Below are positions 1 to 14,329 of a DNA stretch of 64,000 bases, in pieces. Positions within the stretch are counted from its first letter, which is position 1; each line of letters opens with the position of its first letter. The translations under genes and the position numbers were made by a program. Source of the stretch: Eledone cirrhosa (lineage: Eukaryota); the NCBI GenBank assembly GCA_964016885.1, contig OZ024740.1:212908001-212972000 (forward strand), read 5' to 3'. The notes beneath the pieces are model-generated. The model ran no database searches. It was not told the origin of the DNA and was given only the letters and a program-made list of their open reading frames with translations.

Positions 1-3000
1 AATCCTCATGATGGACTCAGCTGATAGCCAGATCCGTTCTACACGTGACAGCAGGTGTTTGACATAAACTCACGAGTCAGTAATGCTTGGACACTGGCCA
101 CAAGCGTGCAGGACAGTTTCATCGCCCTGCACGCATCTCGAATAGGCCCAGCTGAGGGCACTTCCATGCCTGTAGACTTTATCCCGAACTGGCAAGGCTC
201 CTCAGTAGCACTGCCAGGCCAGGGATTTCTGGAAGTTGTCCATGGACCCCAGCCCGAAAGTTCTCCCGAAGAGATTGGCTAATTGGTTTTCATCGACACC
301 CAGAGCCTCCCCAAGGACGTCATCGCTCTTTCCCTCCACTAACCCTCTATAGAACACCAAGGTGGAGTTTCCACCGATCGTATTGCTCGGCTGGTTGAGG
401 GCTGTAAGTGCCTGAAGACATTCCAGTCACCAAACGCTTCCTCTCAGTCTTCGCTTGACCCAGGACTTCAACTCCGCCAAGGAGATGAGCTGGAGAAACA
501 CGCGTCTAGCAAAGGGCGACACACCTGATCACCGTCGAGGAAGAGGTGGAGATGCCGTGCCTGAGCGCATGTCTGATCATCAGAGCACGTCCCTTCCACA
601 AAAAGCGAAAGAGCAAACGCTTCAACACAGTCAGGCGAGGCTTAGGACAAGGCACGATGGTCAGGCGGTAGTAGATGAATGACGCGATGTACGCATTCGC
701 CACCTCCACTCGACCTTTCAGGGATAGGTTCCTCTCAGCCCATTTCTGGGTGAGAGAGGCCACCCTGCTCGTCACCTCGTCCCAGATTTTGTCCGTCTGG
801 AGGTCCAGACTGAACCAGACCTCTAGCAATTTAATTGGTCTGTCTGTCCAGCGCCCGACGATGCTGTTGGACAGCATGGACCTGCCTCTCCAGGTGCCGA
901 GCTGCAGACCCACTGACTTTTCCTGGTTGATCATTGTTCCTGTCACCGCCTCGTATTCTCTTAGTAAGGTGCCGATCGCGTCGATGTGTTTGGCATTCAA
1001 CACCACTACAGTCACGTCAACTGCATATGCTGACATGGTTCTTACGCATCCCAGTTCGCCTCCTCAACGTCTCCAGTTTGTGCAGTAATGGCTCGAGAGT
1101 CAAAACGTACAACAGGGATGAGAGAAGACATCCTTGGCGGACAGAGCACATGATGTTAAATGGTTCCAAAAGGTGACCATTCACTCTCACCACAGAGCAG
1201 ATGTCGCTGTGCAAGGCATCAATCCAGCTTCTGAAGACAGGCCCAAAGCCAGCCGCCCTCAGGACTGCCACCAGATAGTGATGGTCAACCCTATCGAAAG
1301 CTTTAGACTGATCTAAATTGATCAAGGACCCACCAGGGCCAGGTTCCCTAGCTACCCTCTCCACAATGTATCGCATGAGGATGGATCTGTCTGGAATGCC
1401 GCATGTCTGCGCCTCTCCCACCAGACCACCGACGACAAACGCCAACCTCTTTGCTAGCACCTTAGCCAAAATCTTGAACTCTGTGTTTAGCAGAGTTATG
1501 GGCCTGAAATTATCTATGTTATCCCCCTTGTTCGGATCTTTTCTCAGCAGTGCCACCGCTCCTCGGCTCACAGAGCTGGGAATTCTCCCGTTCTGTTGCC
1601 AGTTGCAGTAGATGTCCGCCAAGAGGTCTCCGAACAAGTCTGACATCTGTACGTAAAGTTCGTAGAGCAGACCCTCCAAACCAGGTGATTTACCCATTGT
1701 GCACTCAGTCATTTCCTCCCGTACTTCAGCAGCTGTTATCGGCTTTTCGCAACACTCCGCCTCAGTGGCCAAGAGCCACAGCAGTCTGTCGAGGTAGGCA
1801 TTAAAGTCCATCCCGCGATCCGGCCCGCCGCTGCCCCCGAACCACAAAGTGTCACTGAAAAGCCACACACATCTGCCCGGGACCGAGTAGCATGCGCCCA
1901 TCGTGGTCCGCCAAAGACCGGATCGTGGTTTTGTTGCCACGACACGCTTCCACCACCCAGGCCCATTGAACGGCTTTCGTCCCCTCGTGTCTAAGAGCAT
2001 GCACCCTAGCCTTCACAACGCAGCCTTCGTGCTTTGCGTTGAAAAATTGGTTGAGAGCCAAATTCGCCGCAAGCACGTCGGTCGCGATGCCTTTACTAAG
2101 CGCCTCATCTAATTTGCCAACTAATTCTCCGGCTGTTGTATTTTTCTCTATTACTAACGCCTTACTAAACCTAATGGACTCTAGTCTAATCACTCTTTTC
2201 AGGGCAAACCACCATTTGTTGTTGACGATGGCCCCCGTCAACGCACCGCTTAACTAATTTGCTAATCCGGTCTCTGTAAGCTTTGCGCGCAGTTAACAAC
2301 ACGTTTAGCTTCCAGTAGCCTGGTCCCTGTCTATGAAGCCTATCTAAGTCAACCACACAGATCACGAATTTGTGGTCCGTGTAGTCGACTATATTGAATT
2401 GTGGACAACCTATGCTAGTCCTGTTGGGGCATAGACGGCCACTAACCTGAAAGCTTGTCCATTTCAGTTGCGGGGCATGGTGTAGGGAGAAGGAGGGAGT
2501 GCGTGCCCATTTTGGTGAGTTTGGGGCAGAAGACCTTAAGGTGCATCTTGTCACCGCATCTATGACACCTTGGGCGCCTACCTTCGACAGTCACAGGTAG
2601 ATGGCTGCCGTCATCCAGGTCTATTACATCGAGGATGGCCTCGATGTTCTCATGGTTTGCTTGGATGATTAGCTCCATCCCCAATTCGCCTGTCTTATTT
2701 GCATGACATCAAGGATAGTTGTTGAATCCTCGACGTCAGCGAAGACGGCCGCATTCAACCACGCGATTTCCACTGTGGCTGCTGCTGTTTCTGTTGTTCT
2801 TGCCTTTGCCTTGTGATTGGACGGAATCAGCTGTTCTACCCTCCGAACAACCTGCTGTTCCTCCCTGTAAACAATTCTTTTTGTCCACCATGTTTTTTTT
2901 TAACAAAAAATTGAGGGGTACGATTATAAATAAATACAAATTCAGCCCTTAAGGGCGAGAGATACAGTTAAAAAACCACTTCCTTTGAAAGAGGGGTTCT

Positions 3001-3107
3001 TTAACTACACAACAATGTAAAAATTACTATATAAAAGTTTCGATAAGTTCATAAAATTCAACTGACTTACTCCATCATAGTTACACACGTCTCGAGAGAT
3101 TCAGCAC
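1..3107 (-). mobile_element. Degenerate Tx1/L1-clade LINE ('element 0'), internally deleted, 3' end runs off the window
   Basis: Minus-strand RT fragments (FRPITLLN, LDQSKAFDRV, RQGC, SAYAVDV), endonuclease tail (YTDHK...GPGYWKLN) and ORF1 zinc knuckle RRPRCHRCGDKMHLKVFCP (2442-2684). The ORF1 knuckle joins the EN tail near 2420, indicating a deletion. The 5' end shares AGACGTGTGTAACT with array unit C. Confidence 0.9.
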
Positions 3108-3265
<158 letters not shown>

Positions 3266-4283
3266 GGAAATAACAACAAGGAGAAAGAGCAACCTTCATG
3301 AAAAATCCCTTCATAGCACCTTCTTTAAGAAAACGGAATTCAGAGATCCACAGACATGGAACTGCTTAAAAAGAGGAGACCTTAAAAAAGCTACAGAAGG
3401 AATGCTAATGGCTGCGCAAGAACAAGCCCTCAGAACGAAGTGGGTAAAACACCATATTGACAAGGAGGAGGCTAGCTCACTGTGTAGAATCTGTGAAGAG
3501 AGAAGACTGTGGCTCACATTGTATCCAAGTGTAAACACCTAGCACAGACTCACTATAAAGGCTGGAGACATGATATGATAGGCAGGGTGATCCACTGACA
3601 CCTATGCAAACTAAACAATTTACCACATTCTGAGAAGTGGTATGAGAATAAGCCAGAGTTGGTGATAGAAAACGATCCAGTGAAGTGCTATGAGATTTTA
3701 GGATACAGACGGACAAGAAATTAGAACACAACAGGCCTGACCTGGTGGTTTTTGACAAGGAAAAAAGATTGTGCCTGAGGAGACAATTATCTAGTGATGA
3801 TAATAGTAATAGTAGTGGTAGTAGTAGTAGCTGTAGTGGTAATAGTAGTGATAGTATTAGTACTAATACCTATAGGAATGTGGTAATAAATGAATACTGA
3901 GGGGCGACTAATGGCTAAACAATAACTAGTGGGATTGTAGATATAGCCTGCCCATTTGACACGAGAGTGCAAGAAAAGGAGAGGGAGAAAATTAACTGAT
4001 ACCAGAATTTAAAGTGGGAGTTAAAAAGGATTTGGAACTGCCATGAAATCAAGGTTGTCCCGATTGTCATAGGTGCACTAGGTACTATCTCAAGGAGTTT
4101 CCAATGATCGTTAAAGAAGATTAGTCCAGCCCCGTTTTTTGGAACACTTCAAAAGGCATGTTTGCTGGGAACAGCAAGAACCCTCCGATACGTCCTGAAT
4201 ATCTGAGGCTTGATGTTCATTTCAACAAACTTTCCAGTTAAATAACATCAATGACTGAGACTTAAACAATAATAATAATAATT
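3266..4283 (+). mobile_element. R4/Dong-like RLE non-LTR retrotransposon 3' fragment in a (TAA)n tract
   Basis: Manual translation gives LMAAQEQALRT, CRIC..HIVSKC..LA..Y..RHD, NRPDLVV, IVDIACPFD, VVPIVIGALG and LQKACLLGTARTLR. Frameshifted, with a low-complexity insert at ~3785-3920. AAT repeats on both sides. Confidence 0.85.
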
Positions 4284-4672
4284 GTTTCTAATTTTGGCAC
4301 AAGGCCAGCAATTACCCAGTACATTACTGGTACTTTATTTTATTGACCCTGTAAGATGAAAGGCAAAGTTAACCTCGACTGGATTTGAACTCAGACCGTA
4401 AAGGGACGTAACTATGCTGGAAAGCATGGCGTCCAACCCTCTACCGATACAGCCATAATAATAATAATGGTTTCTTATATAGGCACAAGGCCAGTAATTT
4501 GGGGGGAGGGGGAAGTCGATTAAATCGACCCCAGTGCGTGACTGGTACTTTATTTTATCCACCCCATAAGGATGAAAGACAAAGTTAACCTCGGCGGGAT
4601 TTGAGCTCAGATCATAAAGAGCCATAACTCTATGCTGCAAAGCATGGCATCCGACCCTCTACCGATACAGCC
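4284..4672 (-). mobile_element. Two tandem tRNA-derived SINEs (octopus-type)
   Basis: Minus-strand B-box GAGTTCAAATCC, shared body AACTTTGCCTTTCATCC...AAAGTACCAGT...GGCCTTGTGCC and (ATT)n tails. The same body recurs across the window. Confidence 0.8.
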
Positions 4673-4693
4673 ATAATAATAATAATGATAATG

Positions 4694-5390
4694 ATTTCTT
4701 TATTAGCAACAAAGGGTTAAGAAAAACATTATGAACGAAAACAGAGTGTGTGTGTATATGTGTGTGTTCGTGTGTGGGTTTTGCATGTAAACAAATTTTA
4801 ACAACGTTAAAAAAAAAATTAAAACATAAGTTTCCTCAATAGAGAGGAGACGTTCGAGGGTCATTCGTGAAAAAGCCCCATAAAACCTTGCATGCTTTGA
4901 TCTTTAGGGAAAGTGCCCTGTCCCAGTTGTACTCCTCCAATCTACAGGCTTACACTCAGAGCGGACCCATTCACTCGAGCCATGCTCGCTTCTCTCACAC
5001 AACTTTCAACAAATTGCTTTGAAAGCAGCACTTCTCTCGCTACCCTTATTTTCTTCCTCAAGTGGAATCTGAAAAAGTTAATCAAAGATGAAAGTACTTG
5101 TCTTCAAACCTTTCAAATGTGTCCACCATACAACTTCTTTTGCCATGGCCACAAGACATAAAAATGCCCTGCCCTTCTTGTCTAAAAGAAGGCGGCAGGA
5201 CGATCTTTACAATCGACTTGATTGATAACCGAATTTGTTCTACACATGCCAGCAGGTGTTTGACATAAACCCACAAGTCAGCAATGCTTGGATATTGGCC
5301 AATTGCATGCAGGATGGTTTCATCGTCCTGTGCACATCTCAGAGAGGCCCTGCTGATGGTTCTTCCACTTTTGCTATGGCCACAAGACAT
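4694..5390 (-). mobile_element. Old Tx1-like LINE 3' fragment
   Basis: Remnant C-terminal knuckle (RCAQDDETILHA), MARVNG motif, ORF end CTGTAG, and AATAAAAGAAA followed by an ATT/ATC tail. Confidence 0.8.
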
Positions 5391-5861
5391 AAAAGGGGTC
5401 TGCCATAATAATAATTATTATACAATCCCTGGCACCTTGTGGGGAGTAGCTGTGTCTGATGGGCAGGACAAGCTCACTAATCTTGGTTGATAATCGTCCT
5501 GGAGGTGGTATCATCAACAAAATTACCCCTTGGCAGTGAAGGATAAAACACAAAGACACAACAAAAAAGCCACACGATGTCTAGACAAAAACACATACTG
5601 GATTGGTCAATAGAGGAAGCAGCTCCTTAAACTTATTCCATCCGGTCCTTATATAAATGCGTTTATATAAATATACACATTGTGTACACAGACATACTTC
5701 CCTCTAAATTGATACATGATGAATGTTCTTAATTGGTTTTCAACTCTAATTAGGATCTCAGAGTATATACACATCAAGCAATCTGAAAGATGGTCTTAAA
5801 GATTTGTAAATGTTGTAATAATCTTGACAGGATGTACTGTGCTTGTCATTGTGAAAACATA

Positions 5862-5965
5862 TGGCTTGGTGGTTAGAGAACTGGATTCACAATCATGAGA
5901 TTGCAAGTTCAGTTGCAGCACTGAACGATGCATTATGTCCTCGAACAAGACATTTTATTTAACAT
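5862..5965 (+). mobile_element. Degenerate tRNA-derived SINE head
   Basis: A-box-like TGGCTTGGTGGTTAG and a tRNA-like layout with a degraded B-box. Confidence 0.4.
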
Positions 5966-6730
5966 TACTTTTTCTGCCAGGAGTTGCGACTAGTAGATAG
6001 TATTAGCAATGGATAGACCAATGCCTTTACATAGCTTCTACATTCAATAGCCATGTTTCACTATTAAACCCCATTGCACTACATATACAGGTTCACCTAC
6101 AGCTGCATTTTCCAAGCACTAAACACTGAATGGGGCCATGATGTGCAAAGAGAAAAGAGCCCAGGGGATTTTCCTATTGAATGGTGGTGGAGGATAAAAT
6201 AATATTGCCAACAAGAAGCATGCTTGATGACCCAGATGATAAATTTCCATTCAACTACTGTCAAGTTCCAAATATGAGGGGAAGAAGTCAGTAATTTTTC
6301 TAGGTTGTTTCAGTTAATTTTTTTTTTTTTAAACCAGAATTAGTCGTTTAGGTTACATATTGAGACCCCAAACCCATCCTACTTATTTTATAACATGGGA
6401 TTTCTAGTAGTGTAATCTTTTGTCGTGTATAATGTCTTTTAATGTCTAAAGAAAATTGTCACAGGAAATGCAACCACTTCACCAGAGATAGATTAGAAAA
6501 ATGTAATAAGTGGGGTTGCGGTGGAATAAAAGCAGGTGGTGGTGGAAAAAATCTGGAAAATTAATAAGGGCTAGGGGACGATTAAGTTGAATTTCCATTA
6601 ATTTTACCGCATTATAGCTCATGTCTAATTCATAAGATACAAGAAAAATACTTTATTCTAAAATATTCAAATATATTCCTAGGATAAGATTACATGAAAA
6701 TAATAAATGATTTAATATTTAGTCAAACAT

Positions 6731-7295
6731 TTGTCTGTTCCATATATCAATGACATACATTCCAACTTGAAGAATGTCACAGTGCTGAAATATGCAGATG
6801 ACATCAAGCTGTACCTTGAGATAAAAAGGAGAGATCTTGAACACTATAGATCTTTCCTGCAATCAGAACTGGACATAATGCAGCAATGGATTATGGACTG
6901 GCAACTCAAGCTGGCTGTGGACAAGTGTACCACCATGCATTTTGAGAGGAAAACCGAGCGTTCATATACTCCCTCCATAACACTAATATCAAGAAGTCTT
7001 CTTGTGAACGTGACCTGGGAATTATTGTCAGCAGCGATTTGCGTTGCATAAAGTACATATCTAAAATTGTTAAAAAAGCCGAGGGTGTCTTAGCATCACT
7101 CAGTAAGATCTTTGTCAGCTGCTCTCCATCTATCTTTTTAAAGCTATGGTATGTCCACACTTAGAATTTGCACCACCAGTCTGGAACCCGTTTTGCTCAG
7201 AATATTGATCTCGTGGGAACTGTTCAGAGACGAGCAATCAAACGAATACCCTCCATCAGGCATCTACCATACTTTAAATACCTTGCTTACCTACA
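6731..7295 (+). mobile_element. CR1-clade LINE RT fragment
   Basis: YINDI..LKYADDIKLY..WQLKLAVDKC and VQRRAIKRIP motifs, frameshifted. Confidence 0.8.
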
Positions 7296-7759
7296 TCTCT
7301 GGAAAGACACCCAAGAAATGAGAATCACGTGTGTTAATCTCAGTTTTCAAAGATGAAGGGAAATAAGTAAGGAAAATAATTTTGTTGCAAGGGAGATAAC
7401 CAGTTTCAAAAAAGGTTATTTCCCTTTGAGGAGAGAACCAAGCTTTAATACTTACAATTGATGTAGCATGTGTTATTGTTCGGCACCCTTGTTTTCGTCT
7501 ACCAACGTGAGTAGTAACTGGTATTTTTTTTTTTTTTTTGAAGACGTTGTTTTTCATGTAAGCACATATATCATTCTGTGAAGAAGCATAAATAAACGAA
7601 ATATAATGAATACTACAAAAGATGACAAAATGTTTATAATTCTTACAGAATATAGCTAGGAACGTGACATATATAATTGTTTCTACTTTAAGCACAAGGC
7701 CAGCAATTACTCAGTGCATTACTGGTACTTTCGAGGAGAAAAAATTACCAACAAACAAA

Positions 7760-8010
7760 AACAACCACCAAGTTGGCAATCAGCCGCCCACCACAAAGGA
7801 CAACGGAAATTTTTGAGGCAAGGTAACCCGCTTGCTGTATTACCGCGGGTGGTGGAGAGACTAAGGCACTGACACAACCAAGCACTCACACAGGCATCAC
7901 CTGATACCTCGGTAAGGTGAGCCACTAATGGTGACAAGAATTTCGCTATCAAAGGTCCAGCTCCACCAAACGTCACGAACTCCACAGGATGGAAAAAATA
8001 TACCAATGAA
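7760..8010 (-). mobile_element. CRE-like RLE C-terminal fragment
   Basis: YFFHPVEFVTFG..GP...WLCQCLSLSTTRGNTA resembles the CRE C-terminal F.P..ET.G...QR.S...RGN pattern. Confidence 0.55.
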
Positions 8011-8274
8011 GTAATCGAGTGCCAATATACATTATTAAATAAAGACGTTAGAATAATAAGGAAGAAAAAAAGAAGACCCTCACACTGAATTATACCACAA
8101 CAGGAGCTCCTTCTAATGGGTTTTTAAGCATGCCTAAATTATTTTTAATTTACACAAATGTTGGCAACCACTGAGTTAATTATTCTTGTCGGCTTTAGTC
8201 AACGAAATATATACCAATGAAATAGTCATATTACCTGAGTAGTTAAGACATAGGTTCATAGTTTATATGTGTCT

Positions 8275-8490
8275 TCTCCAAATATCGGTCGCTCTCCGAC
8301 AGGTTTGTGGTCGAGCCCGTAACAGTGGAGACTTCCGGTTAGCCTAGGACCACCTCCTTACTCACCACTATCGGCATGGAGTTGGCTACCCGCAGGTGTG
8401 AGCCTCGCAAGCTGGAGTGGCTGTTCCAACACGTCTCCCTCACCATCCTCAAGGGAAAAACCATCTCTATTCTGTCCACCGGGCGGCCAG
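8275..8490 (+). mobile_element. CRE-like RLE C-terminal fragment
   Basis: Manual translation gives KYRSLSDRFVVEPVTVETSG..IGMELATRRCEPRKLEWLFQHVSLTILKG. Confidence 0.6.
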
Positions 8491-8517
8491 CTCGTGGGCG
8501 CCCATTTGCTTATAATA

Positions 8518-9335
8518 GTGAGAGATGGGGAGAGTGAGAGAGACGGAGGCAGTAAGTGAAAGAGAGAGGTGGGGAGAGTGAGAAAGACAGAGGCAGTGAG
8601 TGAAAGGGAGAGCGAGAGAGACGGAGTCAGTGAGTGAAAGAGAGAGGTGGGGAGAGTGAGAGAGACGGAGGCAGTGAGTGAAAGGGAGAGATGGGGAGAG
8701 CGAGAGAGACGGAGGCAGTGAGTGAAAGAGAGAAATGGGGAGAGTGAGAGAGACGGAGGCAGTGAGTGAAAGGGAGAGATGGGGAGAGTGAGAGAGGCGG
8801 AGAAAGTGAGTGAAAGAGATAGATGGGGAGAGTGAGAGAGACGGAGGCAGTGAGTGAAAGAGAGAGGTGGAGAGAGTGAGAGAGACGGAGGCAGTGAGTG
8901 AAAGGGAGAGATGGAGAGAGCGAGAGAGACGGAGGCAGTGAGTGAAAGGGAGAGATGGGGAGAGCGAGAGAGACGGAGGCAGTGAGTGAAAGAGAGAAAT
9001 GGGGAGAGTGAGAGAGACGGAGGCAGTGAGTGAAAGGGAGAGATGGGGAGAGTGAGAGAGGCGGAGAAAGTGAGTGAAAGAGATAGATGGGGAGAGTGAG
9101 AGAGACGGAGGCAGTGAGTGAAAGAGAGAGGTGGAGAGAGTGAGAGAGACGGAGGCAGTGAGTGAAAGGGAGAGATGGAGAGAGCGAGAGAGACGGAGGC
9201 AGTGAGTGAAAGGGAGAGATGGGGAGAGTGAGAGAGGCGGAGGCAGTGAGTGAAAGAGAGAGATGGGGAGAGTGAGAGAGACGGAGGCAGTGAGTGAAAG
9301 AGAGAGATGGGGAGAGTGAGAGAGACGGAGGCAGT
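8518..9335. repeat. 44-bp purine-rich minisatellite, ~18 copies, with a 264-bp higher-order duplication
   Basis: ACGGAGGCAGT recurs at 44-bp spacing (8665, 8709). The variant GCGGAGAAAGT recurs at 8797 and 9061. Confidence 0.95.
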
Positions 9336-9514
9336 AATTTCTACAAGTAGTCTTCCCATAATTCAACAACAGTCAACAATAGTTGTGATTTTAGAAATGT
9401 CATATTTTATGTTCGTAGATAAATAAATAAATAAATAAAAACGATGATTTTTTTTTTTTTTTCATTTTCTCCTAAACAGGAAAGGGAGTTTTTATCTACA
9501 ATGGTGCATTACTG

Positions 9515-9642
9515 AAGGCGGCGAATTTGCAGTCGTTTGCAGTATTCGTTTCGGCTCTCTGCGTTCAAATCCCACCGAGACCAACTTTACCTTTCATCCA
9601 TTCGAGTCGATAAAAAAGTACCAGTCAAGTACTGGAGTCGAT
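9515..9642 (+). mobile_element. tRNA-derived SINE
   Basis: GCGTTCAAATCCC B-box and the shared SINE body. Confidence 0.75.
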
Positions 9643-9689
9643 CCTTCCTCTGTATTTCTTTCTCACTTCCATTCTCTCACTCTCTTTAT

Positions 9690-9966
9690 CATTCTTTGAA
9701 AGAAATCTGCTGTATTCAGACCTGGAGAGGATTGGACTCCACCAGATGATGAGCTCTGAGTAAAGAAGTGTCAAGAAATCCGAGTGGAAGGAAGACGCAG
9801 TAGAGGAAGACCACGAAAATCATGAGCAGAGGTAGTGAGAGCTGACCCCAGATCGCTGAAGCTCACATGACAAAGGACCGTGGTGAATGGAGAGATGCTG
9901 TGCTGCTGAAAAGGACCCGTTCCACCCTTGCAAGCAAAGAAAAGCAGGCGCTAAATGATGATGATA
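9690..9966 (+). mobile_element. RTE-clade LINE 3' fragment
   Basis: VEGRRSRGRPRK remnant, homology to 12080-12300 and a (GAT)n tail. Confidence 0.7.
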
Positions 9967-10274
9967 TATATATATATTGTATATATTGGGATGTAATCGT
10001 TCTGGCACTGTTTATGGCGAAACCTGTCCAGGTGTTTTATAGTTATAAAGGTAGGTTTGTGCATTTTAATTTATCTCTCTAATTATTATGTATTTTCAAC
10101 ACATTTCGTAGACTTTATGTATTTCACTCTAGTGGTTCTCTATCCCTTGTAATTCAAAACATACTCTTTTGTGTGTTCTCTATATATATTATATTATGAA
10201 GAGCCCGGTACTTATACCTTGAGCTCATTAAATTACAGGGGATTAACGTGAGTCTTTAACTCCGTTTTTTCATT

Positions 10275-10333
<59 letters not shown>

Positions 10334-10418
10334 TATTGAAATTTCCGTTGGAAACAGAAAAGGTCATAGAAATGAAGAGTGCTCTATGTAAGTATCAGAG
10401 CAAAATTTAATACAATAT

Positions 10419-10498
10419 AATTACCTCATTACCAGAGGTTTCCCGAATGAGGCGAATACGAAATAAACGACTTCATTCGTTCGTCAGACGAGGCAATT
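10419..10498 (-). ncRNA. Type I hammerhead ribozyme motif
   Basis: AATTGCCTCGT-CTGACGA-stem II CGAATGA/TCATTCG-GAAA-CCTCTGG-TA-ATGAGGTAATT. Confidence 0.75.
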
Positions 10499-10542
10499 AT
10501 ATATATATATAGAAGTGGTTACACAACAGTTAGTTCACCATA

Positions 10543-10582
10543 CCGAGAACAATTGTTTCACCTTAGCGGATCTTCAGCTCGG
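10543..10582 (-). ncRNA. Minimal hammerhead in inverted pLTR
   Basis: CCGAG-CTGAAGA-TCCGCTAAGGT-GAAA-CAATTG-TT-CTCGG. Confidence 0.75.
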
Positions 10583-11927
10583 AATGGGCATGGTTATAGG
10601 AACAGGAAGGACAACCGTACGAACGCGCATGCGCAGAAACCCGGTCACTTCACACAGGCAATACTAGACTGCGTGCGAGAGGTGTAAGGGAGATAACTGC
10701 GAATTTCCCCTTGCGTATGGCTTGGACTTAGTGATGGCTTTCCATTGAATGGAGTTCTATACTTGAGTCCTTGAGGGACCATACGTGGCTCGTGAGTTTC
10801 GTGGATGAACGTCTGTCTTGGTATCTGAAGGTAGACTGGTGGTTCAATCTCTAGCTAAGCGGGAGGTGTTCCTCACCCTGAAAGATCACAAGGTAGACTT
10901 TACTTCTAACCCCACATGTACCCTCCCACTGTTTTTAGAAAGTTCGTTAAGAATATCAGTACTAGAATCTCAAACCTCTCCTCTAATAAGGCTATCTTTG
11001 ACAGGGCGGCACCCTACTATAACACGGCGTTGGCTAACAGCGGCTTCTCACAACCTATCACTTACTCTCCCACTAGCAACAACACCATTAAGAAAAGTAA
11101 GCGCAACAATAGACAAACTATCTGGTTCTCTCCTCCCTTCTCACTCAACGTTAAAACCAATGTAGGAAAAAAATTCTAGCCCTCTTAGATAGACACTTCC
11201 CCATAGGTCATAAATACCGCTCCATCTTTAACCGACACAAAGTTAAACTAGGATACTCCTGCGCTAAGAACATGAAGGCCCACATCACCAGCAGCCCTAG
11301 GAGCAACACCCCACCAGGGTGCTCTTGCTGTAAGCCTGAAGCTTGCCCCCTTCAACAGCAATGCAACACACCAGCTGTAATCTATGAAGCTGTGGTCACT
11401 TCCAACCGACCAAACGAACCACAGGTCAAATCCTATGTGGGCATGGCGGAGGGCCGATTCAAGGAACGTTTCCTGAACCACCAGTCTACCTTCAGATACC
11501 AAGACAGACGTTCATCCACGAAACTCACGAGCCACGTATGGTCCCTCAAGGACTCAAGTATAGACTACTCCATTCAATGGAAAGCCATCACTAAGTCCAA
11601 GCCATACGCAAGGGGAAATCCGACGTGTGGCTTATGTATTGACGAACGAATAACTATCTTAAAGAGATTACGCAATAGTGATTGCCTAAACACGAGAAGT
11701 GAATTTTTCACACGTTGTTCACACGTCGCCAAATACCTATTGCATAACTACAAGGCTCCGGACTGATTCTTTGTAATTTTATTTTCAACCTAAAAACTTT
11801 TCGGACTTTCGTAGTGTTCTCCCTTACACCTCTCGCACGCAGTCTAGTATTGCCTGTGTGAAGTGACCGGGTTTCTGCGCATGCGCGTTCGTACGGTTGT
11901 CCTTCCTGTTCCTATACCATGCCCATT

Positions 11928-11967
11928 CCGAGCTGAAGATCCGCTAAGGTGAAATAATTGTTCTCGG
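11928..11967 (+). ncRNA. Minimal hammerhead in pLTR
   Basis: CCGAG-CTGAAGA-TCCGCTAAGGT-GAAA-TAATTG-TT-CTCGG. Confidence 0.75.
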
Positions 11968-12077
11968 TATGGTGAACTAACTGTTGTGTAACCACTTCTA
12001 CCTAACTCGTCCCTTGTACTAAGTGCTCTACCACTATGGATATTACCTTCCAGTGTTCCACCACTATATATATATAT

Positions 12078-12615
12078 CATCATTATCCTTATTTTACGTT
12101 CACTTTTCCCTGCTTGCAAGGGTGGGATGGGTCCTATTCAGCACAGCATGTCCCTCCATTTGTAACGGTCCTTCGTCATCTCCTCCGTGAGCTTCAGCGA
12201 TCTGAGGTCTGCTCTCATCACCTCCGCCCATGTTTTTCGTGGTCTTCCTTCTACTGGGATTTCTTGGCACTGTTTTACCCAGCGGTCATCCTCCATGTGC
12301 ATCACATGTCCATACCATCGCAGTCTTCTCTCCCGGACACTACAACTTATCCCTCTTATACACAGTTTCTCTCTCAACTTATCTATGCTTGGTTGTTCAC
12401 GCACATTGACATTACACATCCAACGGAGCATGCTTGCTTCATATCTCTCCAGCCGTCGCATATCCTCTGCAGTTGCTGCCCATGTCTCACTACCATGCAG
12501 CATCGCGCATCTCACACAGGCATCATATAACCGGACTTTTGGACGTAGGGAGAAACCCTTCTTTGTCAACAGAGAAAGCAGCTCCCTAAACATCTTCCAG
12601 CCCGTCCTTATTCTA
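12078..12615 (-). mobile_element. RTE-clade LINE 3' fragment
   Basis: LHGSETW, RRLRWYGHV and GRPRKTW motifs. Confidence 0.88.
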
Positions 12616-12662
12616 GATACTATGTTCCCATGGGCAGCCAGTCTTAAACTCCTCTGTTATGT

Positions 12663-13610
<948 letters not shown>

Positions 13611-14049
13611 CGTACAAAGTCAACCTACAATCAGTAGGCAGCTCTTAACAAAATATACACCCCAACCCACTACCCCTACTCCATCCTCCCACTCCCACCA
13701 ACACCACCCTTTCTCTATAAAGTTATGTTGGTACCACAACATGTAGTCCAAACTAATGAGGTCATGTAGGTATCACGACAAAAAAAAAAACACTCAGTCC
13801 ACGCTGTAATGTGGCCGTGTAGGTAACACAGTAAAAAGCTCCCAGTCCACACTGTAAATGTGGTTGGTGTTAGGAAGGGCATCCAGCTGTAGAAAACCTG
13901 CCAGATAATCCTATATGAGCGAGACACGGTCATCCGACCAACCTTGCCTCAAGTGGGACAATTCTCGTCTAACCCATGCTAGCGTGGAAGATAGACGGTA
14001 AACAATGATGGCGATGATGATGATGATGATGATGACGATGATGATGATG

Positions 14050-14237
14050 ATAATAATTTAGGTACAAGGCCAGCAATTTGTGGGGTGTAGAAAGTAGTAA
14101 ATCGATCCTGGACCTTTATTTTATTGATCCCAGAAGAATGAAATGCAAAGTTGATCGGTGGGCTTTCAACTTTGACGTAAATATATACGAAGCATATTGT
14201 CTGGCGCTCTACTGATTCTGCCAATCCACCGCCAGCT
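14050..14237 (-). mobile_element. Degenerate SINE
   Basis: GGTACAAGGCCAGCAATT...TTTATTTTATTGATCCC shared body. Confidence 0.65.
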
Positions 14238-14329
14238 AACTGGAAATCAAAGTATATTATGTCTCTCACACAAAAATAATAAATCAATAAACACCCACAA
14301 TTATTTTTAATGTATTTTATATCATGGGT

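Larger units (their letters stand above)
10511..12000 (+). mobile_element. Penelope-like element 3' part (GIY-YIG) with an inverted pLTR/ORF piece upstream
   Basis: 11272-11766 VIYEAVV..SYVGMAEGRFKERF.NH (GIY-YIG) and upstream IWFSPPFS. 10511-10700 is an inverted copy of ~11810-11999. 10703-10850 is an inverted ORF piece. Confidence 0.88.

Noticed and set aside
8358-9369. 300-333 aa ORFs
   Set aside because: Translations of the 44-bp minisatellite
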